DNA of 64,000 nucleotides from Mycobacteriaceae bacterium (GTDB lineage Bacteria; Actinomycetota; Actinomycetes; Mycobacteriales; Mycobacteriaceae): NCBI GenBank assembly GCA_037141465.1, contig JBAXCK010000001.1, positions 5,439 to 69,438 of the forward strand, read 5' to 3'. Shown piece by piece: positions 55,421 to 64,000 of this stretch (position 1 is its first letter; each line of letters starts with the position of its first letter). The notes under the pieces were generated by a model. It saw only the letters and a program-made list of their open reading frames with translations, ran no database searches and was not told where the DNA came from. The position numbers and the translations under genes were made by a program.

Positions 55421-56127
55421 CGGCGCAGCCTCCGTCGCAGGAATCCGTCGAAGACGATGTTCACCCCGTTGAGCAGGGGCTGTCCCTTCGACATCGAGTA
55501 GTCGGTGTAGAGGATCTCCACGGGCTCTTCAGTGACCCGCCAGCGATTCTCGTCGATCAGTTTGATGAACTCCCCGGCGTGACTCATGCCGCTCATGGTG
55601 AGGACGAGGTCGTCGGCGACTTTCCGGTTGAACACGCGCAACCCGTTGTGCGCGTCGGTGAGGCCCAGCCGCCGGCTTGTCGGGCTCAGCCAGGCCGCCG
55701 TCCTGAGCACCCACCGCTTCAGCGGGGGTGTCTCGGTGCGCGTGGATCCGGCGAAGCGGGTGCCGATGACGATGTCGACGTCGCCACGGCGTAACCGGTC
55801 GAGCATCGTCACGACATCCTTCACGCGGTGCTGACCATCGGCGTCGAAGGTCGCGAAGGCGCTGGCGCCGGGTCGGCTTCGCGCGTACTCCACACCGGTC
55901 TGGATGGCCGCGCCCTGGCCGAGATTCACCGGATGTCCCACCACGTGCGCGCCGGCGCGCAGTGCGATATCACCGGTCTCGTCGCTGCTGCCGTCGTCGA
56001 CGCAGACCACGTTGGCGAAGACGGAGCGAAGTTCAGCGACGACGTCGCCGATGACCTGTGCCTCGTTGAACGCCGGGATGATGATCCAGGCGTCGGTCTG
56101 CGGGGCTGCATGGGTGTCGATGGTCAC
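55417..56127 (-). CDS. GT2 glycosyltransferase (Rv3631/PpgS-like)
   Basis: IIPAFNEA, VDDGSSD, NLGQGAA, FDADGQH, DAHNGLR. Confidence 0.88.
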
Positions 56128-56131
56128 GAAC

Positions 56132-57397
56132 CTACCGTGATTCCGACCGCTGCAGCGCGAAGAGATGCACGGCGATACCCACCAGTGGCCCGCAGAGCAG
56201 CGCCACCACCGTGCGGGTGGGAAGGTCCAATGGCAGCGTCAGCAACAGCGCTGCCGCGACGGTGGCGCCCACCCACCCCGCCGCGTACGCGCGGTGCAGG
56301 GCCGCAGCGACCGTGGCCGCCCCGGTGAGTGTCAGCAGTGCGACCGACACCGCCGCGGCAGTTAGCCAGGCGAGCAGCGCCGGCCCGGCTTCATAGTCGG
56401 AGCCGAATGCGGTGCGAATCAGCCACGGGCCCAGCAGTGCGGCCGAGATCACGCCGAGCGCCCCCAGTCCCGCCACGACGGCCGCCGGAAGCAGCAGTGC
56501 GCGCAACCGGGTCCGTCGGTGATCGACGAAGTAGGCGATGAGGTTTCCCTGCATGGCGGTGAGGGGGACGAGCAGCGGCGCCCGGGTCAGTGTCACGGCG
56601 AGAATGACGATTCCACCTGCCGCGCCCAATTCACCCGAGGTCGCCTTGAGTAAAACCGGGAAACCCATCACGAGAACGGCGCTCGCACCCGCCGCGGCGA
56701 TGGAGTGCGCCGCTCCGCGGAGGAAGTCACCGACGCCCACCTCAGTCCGGACACCGGCCGCGGCACGGGCGCTGCGTGAGATCGACAGCATCATCAGCCA
56801 CGCCACTGCGCCGCCGACAGTCGCCCACAGAAATCCGACCAGTCCCCAGCCCAGCGCGACGGTCGCCCCAGCGATCAGCACCCGGATCACCGCATCGGTG
56901 ACCATCAGCGACCCGTACAGCGTCCAATTCCCGACCCCGGCCAGCATGCCCAGCAGTGTGGCGTGCAGACAGAATCCGGCCAGACCGATGGACAACAGGA
57001 CCACCGAGAGCACCCGCGATTCGGCGAACACGTGCGGCGCCCACAGCACGGCGGTGCCCGCGATCACAGTGGCGGCAGCCACCGCGACGCCCGCGGCCAC
57101 CCACATGGGTCTGGTGTCCGCACCGTGACCCGCCGGGCGGTGGCGGGAGGCACGCACCTCTCTGGTCGCCTCCTGAAGCAATCCGTTAGCCGCTCCGGCC
57201 ACCAGACCGAACGCGCCCCAGAACACCCCGAACACCGAGAATCCCGCGGGATCGAGGGTGCGCGCGGCCAGGTAGAGGACGGTGTAGCCGCACAGCGCAC
57301 TGACCACCGTGGCGACGCCGACCCGCGCCACACTGGCACGGGCGATCGGCCCCGGCGTCGCAGTCAGGGCGTCCAGGGGGGCGCCCGCGTCGGTCAT
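56132..57397 (-). CDS. Flippase-like membrane protein (Rv3630 ortholog)
   Basis: FWGAFGL..GAANGLLQE.TRE, LTRAPLLVPL; about 12 TMs. Confidence 0.88.
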   Translation of the reverse strand: MTDAGAPLDALTATPGPIARASVARVGVATVVSALCGYTVLYLAARTLDPAGFSVFGVFWGAFGLVAGAANGLLQEATREVRASRHRPAGHGADTRPMWVAAGVAVAAATVIAGTAVLWAPHVFAESRVLSVVLLSIGLAGFCLHATLLGMLAGVGNWTLYGSLMVTDAVIRVLIAGATVALGWGLVGFLWATVGGAVAWLMMLSISRSARAAAGVRTEVGVGDFLRGAAHSIAAAGASAVLVMGFPVLLKATSGELGAAGGIVILAVTLTRAPLLVPLTAMQGNLIAYFVDHRRTRLRALLLPAAVVAGLGALGVISAALLGPWLIRTAFGSDYEAGPALLAWLTAAAVSVALLTLTGAATVAAALHRAYAAGWVGATVAAALLLTLPLDLPTRTVVALLCGPLVGIAVHLFALQRSESR

Positions 57398-58722
57398 AGG
57401 AGCGGCATCTCAGTCGAGTACAACCACGCCTTCCACAGCGGAGCCAGGGAGATATCGGAGTAGTTGGAGGCGAGTCCGGTGAAGTCGTCGGTCACCACGG
57501 TGCTGTGGCGATACCGGTCTGTCCACTCGCGCAACAGGGCGAAGAACCTCTCGTCGCCGATCACCCCGCGCAAGGCGTGCAGTGTCAGCGCACCCCGCTT
57601 GTAAACCCTGTCGTCGAACATGTCCCGCGGACCGGGGTCAGAGAGCAGTAGGTCCTGCTGGGAATCCGCTAGCCTTTGGTGGAACTCGCGCGCCAGCGCA
57701 GCCGCAGTCGGACCGCCGGAATGCTCCGACCACAGCCATTCCGCGTAACACGCGAAGCCCTCATGCAACCAGATGTCCCGCCAGCGTCGCACTGTGACGC
57801 TGTTTCCGAACCACTGATGCGCCAGTTCATGGGCGATCAGTCGTTCGTGACCGCGATTTCCATCGCAGTGGTTCGACCCGAATATCGATACCCCTTGCGC
57901 CTCAAGGGGTATCTCCAGCTCGTCGTCAGTCACTACGACGGTGTATCCGGCCGCCAGGGGGTACGCCCCGAACAGCGTGATGAACAACTTCATCATTTCG
58001 GGTTGACGTGCGAAGTCGTGGTCGAAGTTCCCCTGCAGCCGCCGGGGTAGCACCACGTGCATGGGAACGGGTGTCTTCAGAAGCTTGTAAGTCTGGTAGT
58101 CACCGATCTGCAGGGTTGCCAAGTAGGGCGAGGTCGGTTCCGGTTGGTCAAAAGTCCAGTCGGTTTGAGCCGCGCGGATGCGTCGACTGACGAGTTTCCC
58201 GTTGGATACAACGGTGTAGGGACTGTCGGTGCTGATCGTGATCCGGAAGCTCGCCTTCGCACTGGGGTGGTCATCGCAGGGGAACCACGAGGGAGAGCCG
58301 TTGGGCTGGCCGGCAACAAGCACGCCATTGGACAGCTCCTCAAACCCCACGGTGCCCCAGATGCTCTGCAGGGGTCGTGGTGATCCGCCGTAGCGCACGA
58401 CGATCGACATCGCCGACCCGACCGGTAGCGGCGCATCCAGGCGAATGCGCAGTTTGCCTCCCGACGTCCCGTAGTGCGCGGGCCGGCAACCGTTGACGCT
58501 TACCTTGCTCACTGTCAGCGCATCGGAGATGTCGAGGGTGAACATCTTCAGCGATGCCAGCGTCACGGCGGTGATGACGGCAGTTCCGGTAAGCCGATTG
58601 CTGGCGACCTTGTAGTCAAGATCCAGTTCGTAACGCGACACCCGGTACCCGAAGTTGCCGCTGCCGGGGATATAGGGATCGATGACCGGCGGCCCCCCGG
58701 CCTTCCCGCCATCTTTCTTCAT
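57394..58722 (-). CDS. M1-family zinc metallopeptidase
   Basis: HELAHQWFG(N)..WLHEGFA, YKRGAL; ATGA overlap with the NRPS stop. Confidence 0.92.
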   Translation of the reverse strand: MKKDGGKAGGPPVIDPYIPGSGNFGYRVSRYELDLDYKVASNRLTGTAVITAVTLASLKMFTLDISDALTVSKVSVNGCRPAHYGTSGGKLRIRLDAPLPVGSAMSIVVRYGGSPRPLQSIWGTVGFEELSNGVLVAGQPNGSPSWFPCDDHPSAKASFRITISTDSPYTVVSNGKLVSRRIRAAQTDWTFDQPEPTSPYLATLQIGDYQTYKLLKTPVPMHVVLPRRLQGNFDHDFARQPEMMKLFITLFGAYPLAAGYTVVVTDDELEIPLEAQGVSIFGSNHCDGNRGHERLIAHELAHQWFGNSVTVRRWRDIWLHEGFACYAEWLWSEHSGGPTAAALAREFHQRLADSQQDLLLSDPGPRDMFDDRVYKRGALTLHALRGVIGDERFFALLREWTDRYRHSTVVTDDFTGLASNYSDISLAPLWKAWLYSTEMPLL

Positions 58723-61700
58723 GCCGCCGTACCGGGCATACGTGTCTGCTGTCGGTCCCGTGACATTCCTCGCGCGGCCTGCCAAGGTGCGATCGGATTG
58801 CCCTGCCACCGCGTTGAAGGCGGGACCTCGTCTCCGCGCATCACCAGGGACGCCGGCCCGACGGTGGCTCCGGATCCAATGCGGGATGCCGGTAGCGCGA
58901 CGCAATGCGGACCGAGGGTCGCACCGTCCTCCAGGACGACGGTGTCCATCCGCATGATCCGGTCATGGAACAGGTGAGTCTGCACCACGCAGCCCCGGTT
59001 GACCGTGCTTCCTGCGCCGAGACTGACCAGATCTGCCTCCGGCAGCCAGTATGACTCACACCACGCCCCGCGGCCGATACGCGCGCCCAATGCGCGCAGC
59101 CAGAGATTCATCACCGGCGTACCAGCAGCGGCCCGCGCGAACCACGGCGCCGCGACGGTTTCGACAAAGGTGTCAGCGACTTCGTTTCGCCATACGAACG
59201 ACGACCACAGCGGGTGCTCACCGCTATGAATACGCCCAACCACAATCCATTTCGCGACCACCGCCGCCGCACCGGCGACAGCTCCGGCCAGAAGCAGAAG
59301 AACACCACCGCCCAGTGCTGCTGCGCCATAGCCGCCTCGAAGGACCAGGAACTGCAACGACGCCAGCATCGCGACACCGATCCCGAAGCTCACCATCACC
59401 GGGATCAGCCGGCAGGTCTCGACGCAACCCCGCATGAATCTCAGGCGCGCTGGCGGGTCGAATGTCAGAGTGGCCTCTGCTTCATCGACTCTCCGGCGCA
59501 GTCGGATCGGCGGACTGCCCAGCCAGGAGGAGCCCTTTTTCGCCTTGGTGGGCGTCGCGGACAGGACTGCAACCAATCCGTCGTCGGGAACTCTGCGCCC
59601 GGGCTGGGTGATGCCTGAATTCCCGAGGAAGGCGCGCTTACCGATGGTGGCTTTCGCGACGTGGATCCAGCCTCCGCCGAGTTCGTAGGACGCCACCATC
59701 GTGTCGTCGGCAAGGAATGCGCCGTCCTCGATGACGGTGAACTTGGGTGTCACCAGAGCGGTGGAGATCTCGGTGTTGCGGCCCACTGTGGCGCCAAGGA
59801 TGCGCAGCCACGTCGGCGTGAGCAGGCTCGCGTAAAGGGGAAACAGGTAGTTGCGCGCCCCGTCCATCAATCGTTCGGTCGCCCACAATTGCCAGCCGGC
59901 ACGGCTGCGCACCGGGTGGTAACCCTCCCGCAATCCGATGGAGAGCACTCGCACCCCAACGACAGTCAGCGCTGCGAACACCGCGAGAGCGACCAGGGTT
60001 GCGCCCGGAATCCATGGTCCGGCAGCGCGTATCGCCGCGCCTAGCGTTGCTGTGTCCCGGGCCGCCCAGCCGAGTACAACCAGTCCGGCGGCCAGCGACA
60101 CCAGCGGCAGGGCGGCGATCGCCAACGACGACACCGCAAAGACGGGCACCCAGTGGACTGCCCTGGGAGGCCGGCGATCAGGCCATGGGTGGCGGGCCTT
60201 GCCCGACTTCACCGCCGGTGAGCCTTTCCAGTACTGACTGCCCTTCACCTTCCCGACCACTGCCGAACCGGCAGCCACGTCGGCGTCCTTGCCGATCTCG
60301 GCACCGGGCAACAGGGTGGTGCGGCCGCCGATGGTCGCGTCATTGCCGATCACGATCGGCCCGACGTGGAACACGTCCCCGTCGATCCAGTGACCGCTGA
60401 GATCAACCTCCGGTTCGATGGAACAACGGTGACCCACTGTCAGCATTCCGGTCACCGGCGGCGCAGAGTGCAGGTCCACACCCCTGCCGATCGAGTTACC
60501 CAGAGCTCGCGCGTAATAGACAAGCCATGGGGCGCCGGCAAGGTTCTCTGCACCGCTCGCGGTGGCCAAGCGCTCCGCCAGCCACACTCGCAGATGCTCG
60601 GGGCCGCCGCGCCGGTAACTGCCGGGCTTTAGCCCGGTTAACAACAGGCGGGCACCGATCACTGCGATTGCCATTCGGCCGGCGGGTGTCACGAAAGCGA
60701 CGAAGGCGCCGACGACCACCCACCAGTTCACCGGAACCAGCCATGCCAGTGGATGTATCTGGGCCGCAATGTTATTGGCTATTGCCAGCCAGGTCAGCCA
60801 CTGCAAGGCGGTCAGTGTTGCCAACGGCAGCGAAAGAGCAACCTGGGCAACACGCGTCACCCGGGGTATTGGACGCACCAGTCGCGGGGCAGCGGCGACG
60901 GGGGCGGGCTGATCCCGGCCGAGTTCCTCGAGGAAGCCGGCCATCGAACCGAGCCGGGGGTGGTCGTAGAGATGGGCCACCGTCATCTCCGGGAACCGCG
61001 GACGCAACGCGACGACGAGTTGGGCCGCTGACAGTGAGCCGCCGCCGAGGGCGAAGAAATCGGCCTCCGGGCCATCCACGACGGTGCCGAGCACGTCCTG
61101 CCACAGCCCGGCGAGCCAGCCCATCATCCCGCCGAGTTGAACACCGACGTCGGGGACGTCGCCCGGTGGCGGCCATGGCAGAGCGTTTCGGTCGACCTTG
61201 CCCGAGGTGCGGGTGGGCAACTCATCGACGAGCACCAGGCGGGGCACCAGCGCGGCCGGCATCGAGTCGGCCAAGTGGGCGCGTGCGCCGGCGAGATCGA
61301 AATCAGGATGGGCGGAGGCGATGTAACCGACCAGGATCGGCGTGCCGCTGGCGGATTTGCGCACCGCAGCCGCCCCGCCGCTCACCCCAGGCAAATTCAC
61401 CAGAGCCGAGTCGATTTCGCCAAGTTCGATCCGCCGCCCGCCGACCTTCACCTGGTCGTCGGCGCGTCCCTGGAAATACAGACCGTCGGACTCGAGGCGG
61501 ACCAGATCGCCACTGCGATAGGCCCGTGCCCAGCCCAGCGTCGGCATCGACCCGTATTTCTCGGCGTCCTTAGCCGGATCGAGATAACGGGCCAGGCCGA
61601 CGCCGCCGATGACGAGTTCTCCGACCTCGCCCTGCTTGACGGGCAGGCCAAGGCCGTCGACGACAGCAAGATCCCAGCCGGCCAGGGGCAATCCGATACT

Positions 61701-62636
61701 CACAGGGGCACCGGGGCGCAGTTGCGCCCCGCACGCTACGACAGTGGCTTCGGTGGGGCCGTAGGTATTCCACACCTCGCGGCCCTCGATGGCGAGTCGC
61801 TCGGCTAGCTCAGGCGGGCATGCCTCACCGCCGAAGATCAGTAGCCGCACCGCCTCCAGCGCCTCGGCGGGCCACAGCGATGCAAGAGTTGGAACGGTTG
61901 ACACGACCGTGATGTCCCGAGACACCAGCCACGGCCCGAGATCCATCCCGCTGCGCACCAGCGCGCGCGGTGCCGGCACCAGGCAGGCACCGTAGCGCCA
62001 CGCCAACCACATCTCCTCGCAGGATGCGTCGAAGCCCACCGACAGGCCCGCCAGCACCCGGTCGCCCGGCCCGATCGGATTGTCCTGCATGTACATTCGC
62101 GCTTCTGCATCGACGAATGCTGCTGCGTTGCGATGTGTGACCGCCACACCTTTGGGAACGCCGGTGGACCCCGAGGTGAAGATTATCCATGCGTCATCGC
62201 CCACCCCGGGGCTGCCGGCGCTCCAACCCCGCGACACCCCTGGGCCACGGGACAAACCCGCCTCAGTGATGACTGCGGCCACACCGGCTTCGTGGAACAC
62301 CAAGTCCGCGCGCTCATCGGGGTCGTCGGCGTCGACAGGCACGTAGGCCGCACCGGCGGCCAGCGTGGAGAGTATTGCCATGTACAGCGAGTAGCTGCCC
62401 GAGGGCATCCGGATGCCGATGCGGTCGCCGCGACCGATGCCTCGAGCGGCCAACCACCGCACACCAGCTTCGATGTCCTCGATCATCTCCGCGTAGGTGA
62501 GTTGCACGTCGCCGTCGTCGATGCCGGTGGCCTGCGGGCTGCGCGCCGCTGTCGCGTAGAGGATGTCGATGAGGGTCCGTGGTGCGGGTGCGTGTCCGGA
62601 GAGGAGGTACTGCCGGGGGATCTCGGGTGCCGCCAC
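58719..62636 (-). CDS. Pls/PosA-family membrane NRPS (A-T plus three TM-separated C-terminal repeats)
   Basis: FTSGSTGVPKG, NTYGPTE, YRSGD, T-domain GGGSL; repeated LbH-like segments; TAGGAT -10 box 8 nt before GTG 62636. Confidence 0.93.
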   Translation of the reverse strand: MAAPEIPRQYLLSGHAPAPRTLIDILYATAARSPQATGIDDGDVQLTYAEMIEDIEAGVRWLAARGIGRGDRIGIRMPSGSYSLYMAILSTLAAGAAYVPVDADDPDERADLVFHEAGVAAVITEAGLSRGPGVSRGWSAGSPGVGDDAWIIFTSGSTGVPKGVAVTHRNAAAFVDAEARMYMQDNPIGPGDRVLAGLSVGFDASCEEMWLAWRYGACLVPAPRALVRSGMDLGPWLVSRDITVVSTVPTLASLWPAEALEAVRLLIFGGEACPPELAERLAIEGREVWNTYGPTEATVVACGAQLRPGAPVSIGLPLAGWDLAVVDGLGLPVKQGEVGELVIGGVGLARYLDPAKDAEKYGSMPTLGWARAYRSGDLVRLESDGLYFQGRADDQVKVGGRRIELGEIDSALVNLPGVSGGAAAVRKSASGTPILVGYIASAHPDFDLAGARAHLADSMPAALVPRLVLVDELPTRTSGKVDRNALPWPPPGDVPDVGVQLGGMMGWLAGLWQDVLGTVVDGPEADFFALGGGSLSAAQLVVALRPRFPEMTVAHLYDHPRLGSMAGFLEELGRDQPAPVAAAPRLVRPIPRVTRVAQVALSLPLATLTALQWLTWLAIANNIAAQIHPLAWLVPVNWWVVVGAFVAFVTPAGRMAIAVIGARLLLTGLKPGSYRRGGPEHLRVWLAERLATASGAENLAGAPWLVYYARALGNSIGRGVDLHSAPPVTGMLTVGHRCSIEPEVDLSGHWIDGDVFHVGPIVIGNDATIGGRTTLLPGAEIGKDADVAAGSAVVGKVKGSQYWKGSPAVKSGKARHPWPDRRPPRAVHWVPVFAVSSLAIAALPLVSLAAGLVVLGWAARDTATLGAAIRAAGPWIPGATLVALAVFAALTVVGVRVLSIGLREGYHPVRSRAGWQLWATERLMDGARNYLFPLYASLLTPTWLRILGATVGRNTEISTALVTPKFTVIEDGAFLADDTMVASYELGGGWIHVAKATIGKRAFLGNSGITQPGRRVPDDGLVAVLSATPTKAKKGSSWLGSPPIRLRRRVDEAEATLTFDPPARLRFMRGCVETCRLIPVMVSFGIGVAMLASLQFLVLRGGYGAAALGGGVLLLLAGAVAGAAAVVAKWIVVGRIHSGEHPLWSSFVWRNEVADTFVETVAAPWFARAAAGTPVMNLWLRALGARIGRGAWCESYWLPEADLVSLGAGSTVNRGCVVQTHLFHDRIMRMDTVVLEDGATLGPHCVALPASRIGSGATVGPASLVMRGDEVPPSTRWQGNPIAPWQAARGMSRDRQQTRMPGTAA

Positions 62637-62696
62637 GCCACAGAATCCTAGGGTGCGAAGTGCGCGTCGGGACGCGACCTGAGACACTTGAGGCGC

Positions 62697-62794
62697 AGAG
62701 GGGAGTATTCCTTCGCCGCGGTGTCGTCACCACGTCGACCCTTTCCGGGGTCGTCCGGTTCCGCGGGCCGTATCTCGCGGCGGAAGAGACCTCG
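62697..62794 (+). promoter_or_regulatory. yybP-ykoY (Mn2+) riboswitch
   Basis: AGGGGAGTA ... TCGTCACCAC ... GAGACCT arrangement upstream of a TerC/Alx gene. Confidence 0.8.
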
Positions 62795-62843
62795 GGCGTA
62801 CTTGGCTAGATTCAGTCCACGACGGCCGGAGGTTCCTCAAGAC

Positions 62844-63812
62844 GTGAACGTCTCCACGATCGAATGGGTCATCACCCTCGGGGTCACTCTGGCGATTCTG
62901 GCCCTTGATGTGCTGATCATCGGCCGCCGGCCGCACGAACCGAGTCGTCGCGAATGCGTGACTGCGCTGTCGATCTACATTGCACTGGCGGTCGCATTCG
63001 GTGTCTGGGTCTGGCAGGCCCACGGCAGCCAGTACGGGGTGGAGTTCTTCGCGGGCTGGCTGACCGAGTACAGCCTGTCGGTGGACAACCTGTTCATCTT
63101 CATCATCATCATGGCCAGCTTCAAGGTGCCCAAGCGCTACCAGCAGCAGGCGCTGATGGTGGGCATCGTCCTGGCCCTGGTCTTCCGCGGCATCTTCATC
63201 GCACTCGGAGCCGTCGCGATCAAAGAGTTCTCGTGGATCTTCTATGTCTTCGGTGCCTTCCTGGTGATCACCGCGATCCGGCTCGCACTCGACACCGAAC
63301 ACGACGACGACGCGGACAATGCTGTGGTGCGCTTAGCCAAGACGTACCTCAACACCACCGATGACTGGTCGGGCGGTCTCAAGCTCTACGTCAAGCAGGG
63401 CAGTAAGCGACTGTTGACCCCGATGTTTCTCGTGATACTCGCGCTGGCCACCACCGACCTGCTGTTCGCCGTGGATTCGATCCCGGCGATCTACGGACTC
63501 ACCAGCGAACCGTATCTGGTCTTCACCGCGAACGTCTTCGCACTGATGGGGCTTCGCCAGCTGTACTTCCTTCTCGGCGATCTGCTCAACCGACTGGTGT
63601 ATCTGTCCCAGGGGCTGGCGTTCATTCTGTGCTTCATCGGTGTCAAACTGCTGCTGCATGCCCTGCACGAGAACACGTTGCCGTTCATCAACGGCGGCGA
63701 ACCGGTCGGTGTTCCGGAGATTCCAACCCTGCTGAGCCTTGCAGTGATCGTCTTGACGCTGCTGTTAACCATGATCGCCAGCCTGGTCAAGACCCGGATG
63801 GATGCGGCCTGA
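62844..63812 (+). CDS. TerC/Alx-family membrane protein
   Basis: EYSLSVDNLFIF, DLLFAVDSIPA, FTANVFALMGLRQLYF. Confidence 0.93.
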   Translation: MNVSTIEWVITLGVTLAILALDVLIIGRRPHEPSRRECVTALSIYIALAVAFGVWVWQAHGSQYGVEFFAGWLTEYSLSVDNLFIFIIIMASFKVPKRYQQQALMVGIVLALVFRGIFIALGAVAIKEFSWIFYVFGAFLVITAIRLALDTEHDDDADNAVVRLAKTYLNTTDDWSGGLKLYVKQGSKRLLTPMFLVILALATTDLLFAVDSIPAIYGLTSEPYLVFTANVFALMGLRQLYFLLGDLLNRLVYLSQGLAFILCFIGVKLLLHALHENTLPFINGGEPVGVPEIPTLLSLAVIVLTLLLTMIASLVKTRMDAA

Positions 63813-63827
63813 CTCACCAGCCGGTGA

Positions 63828-63998
63828 TCAGGTCCAGTTGTTGTAGCCGCCCTCCGGCCCTAGCATCCGCTGCAGCCGACTGCGGTTGAGGCGGGCGATC
63901 TCGTTGCGGACCACCTTGCGCTCGGTCTCGGCATCGTTGTGCATGCGGTCTTCGATTGCTGCGATCACGCCACGTGCCGGGCTGTAGGAGGCGAGTGC
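63828..63998 (-). CDS. C-terminal 56 aa of a gene entering from outside the window, family not recognised
   Basis: Open frame ...ERKVVRNEIARLNRSRLQRMLGPEGGYNNWT-stop, convergent with terC. Confidence 0.55.
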   Translation of the reverse strand, partial: ALASYSPARGVIAAIEDRMHNDAETERKVVRNEIARLNRSRLQRMLGPEGGYNNWT

Positions 63999-64000
63999 GC

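Overview
High-GC Mycobacteriaceae chromosome segment, largely colinear (inverted) with the M. tuberculosis Rv3711c to Rv3630 interval. Orthology is judged from recalled family motifs and gene order; no searches were run. Core content: dnaQ-like exonuclease, leuA with a Leu-rich leader peptide, ask-asd, glpK, tRNA-Pro, ponA2/whiB4, an ArsA pair, crp, the nth-marP operon, acs, Ms1 and 6C RNAs, the ssd-tad/flp pilus operon, a DUF1998 helicase, cspA, topA, adenylate cyclase, holB-like, tRNA-Thr, a galE/ppgS cell-wall cluster, and TerC behind a yybP-ykoY riboswitch. Main departures from that backbone: (1) a stand-alone three-gene cassette, DUF2710-like + eccB + fused eccC of ESX-2/plasmid-ESX type, with no other type VII secretion genes, located where the ergothioneine operon normally lies; (2) no Rv3661-type HAD gene, so Ms1 and 6C RNAs sit back-to-back; (3) a Pls/PosA NRPS with a lysine-like adenylation code, coupled to an M1 peptidase; (4) an orphan gene after tRNA-Thr; (5) several micro-features, including 6-7 codon ORFs bridging stop/start overlaps, a candidate CTG start, a terminator with a triplicated arm, in-frame VNTRs and operator-like palindromes.
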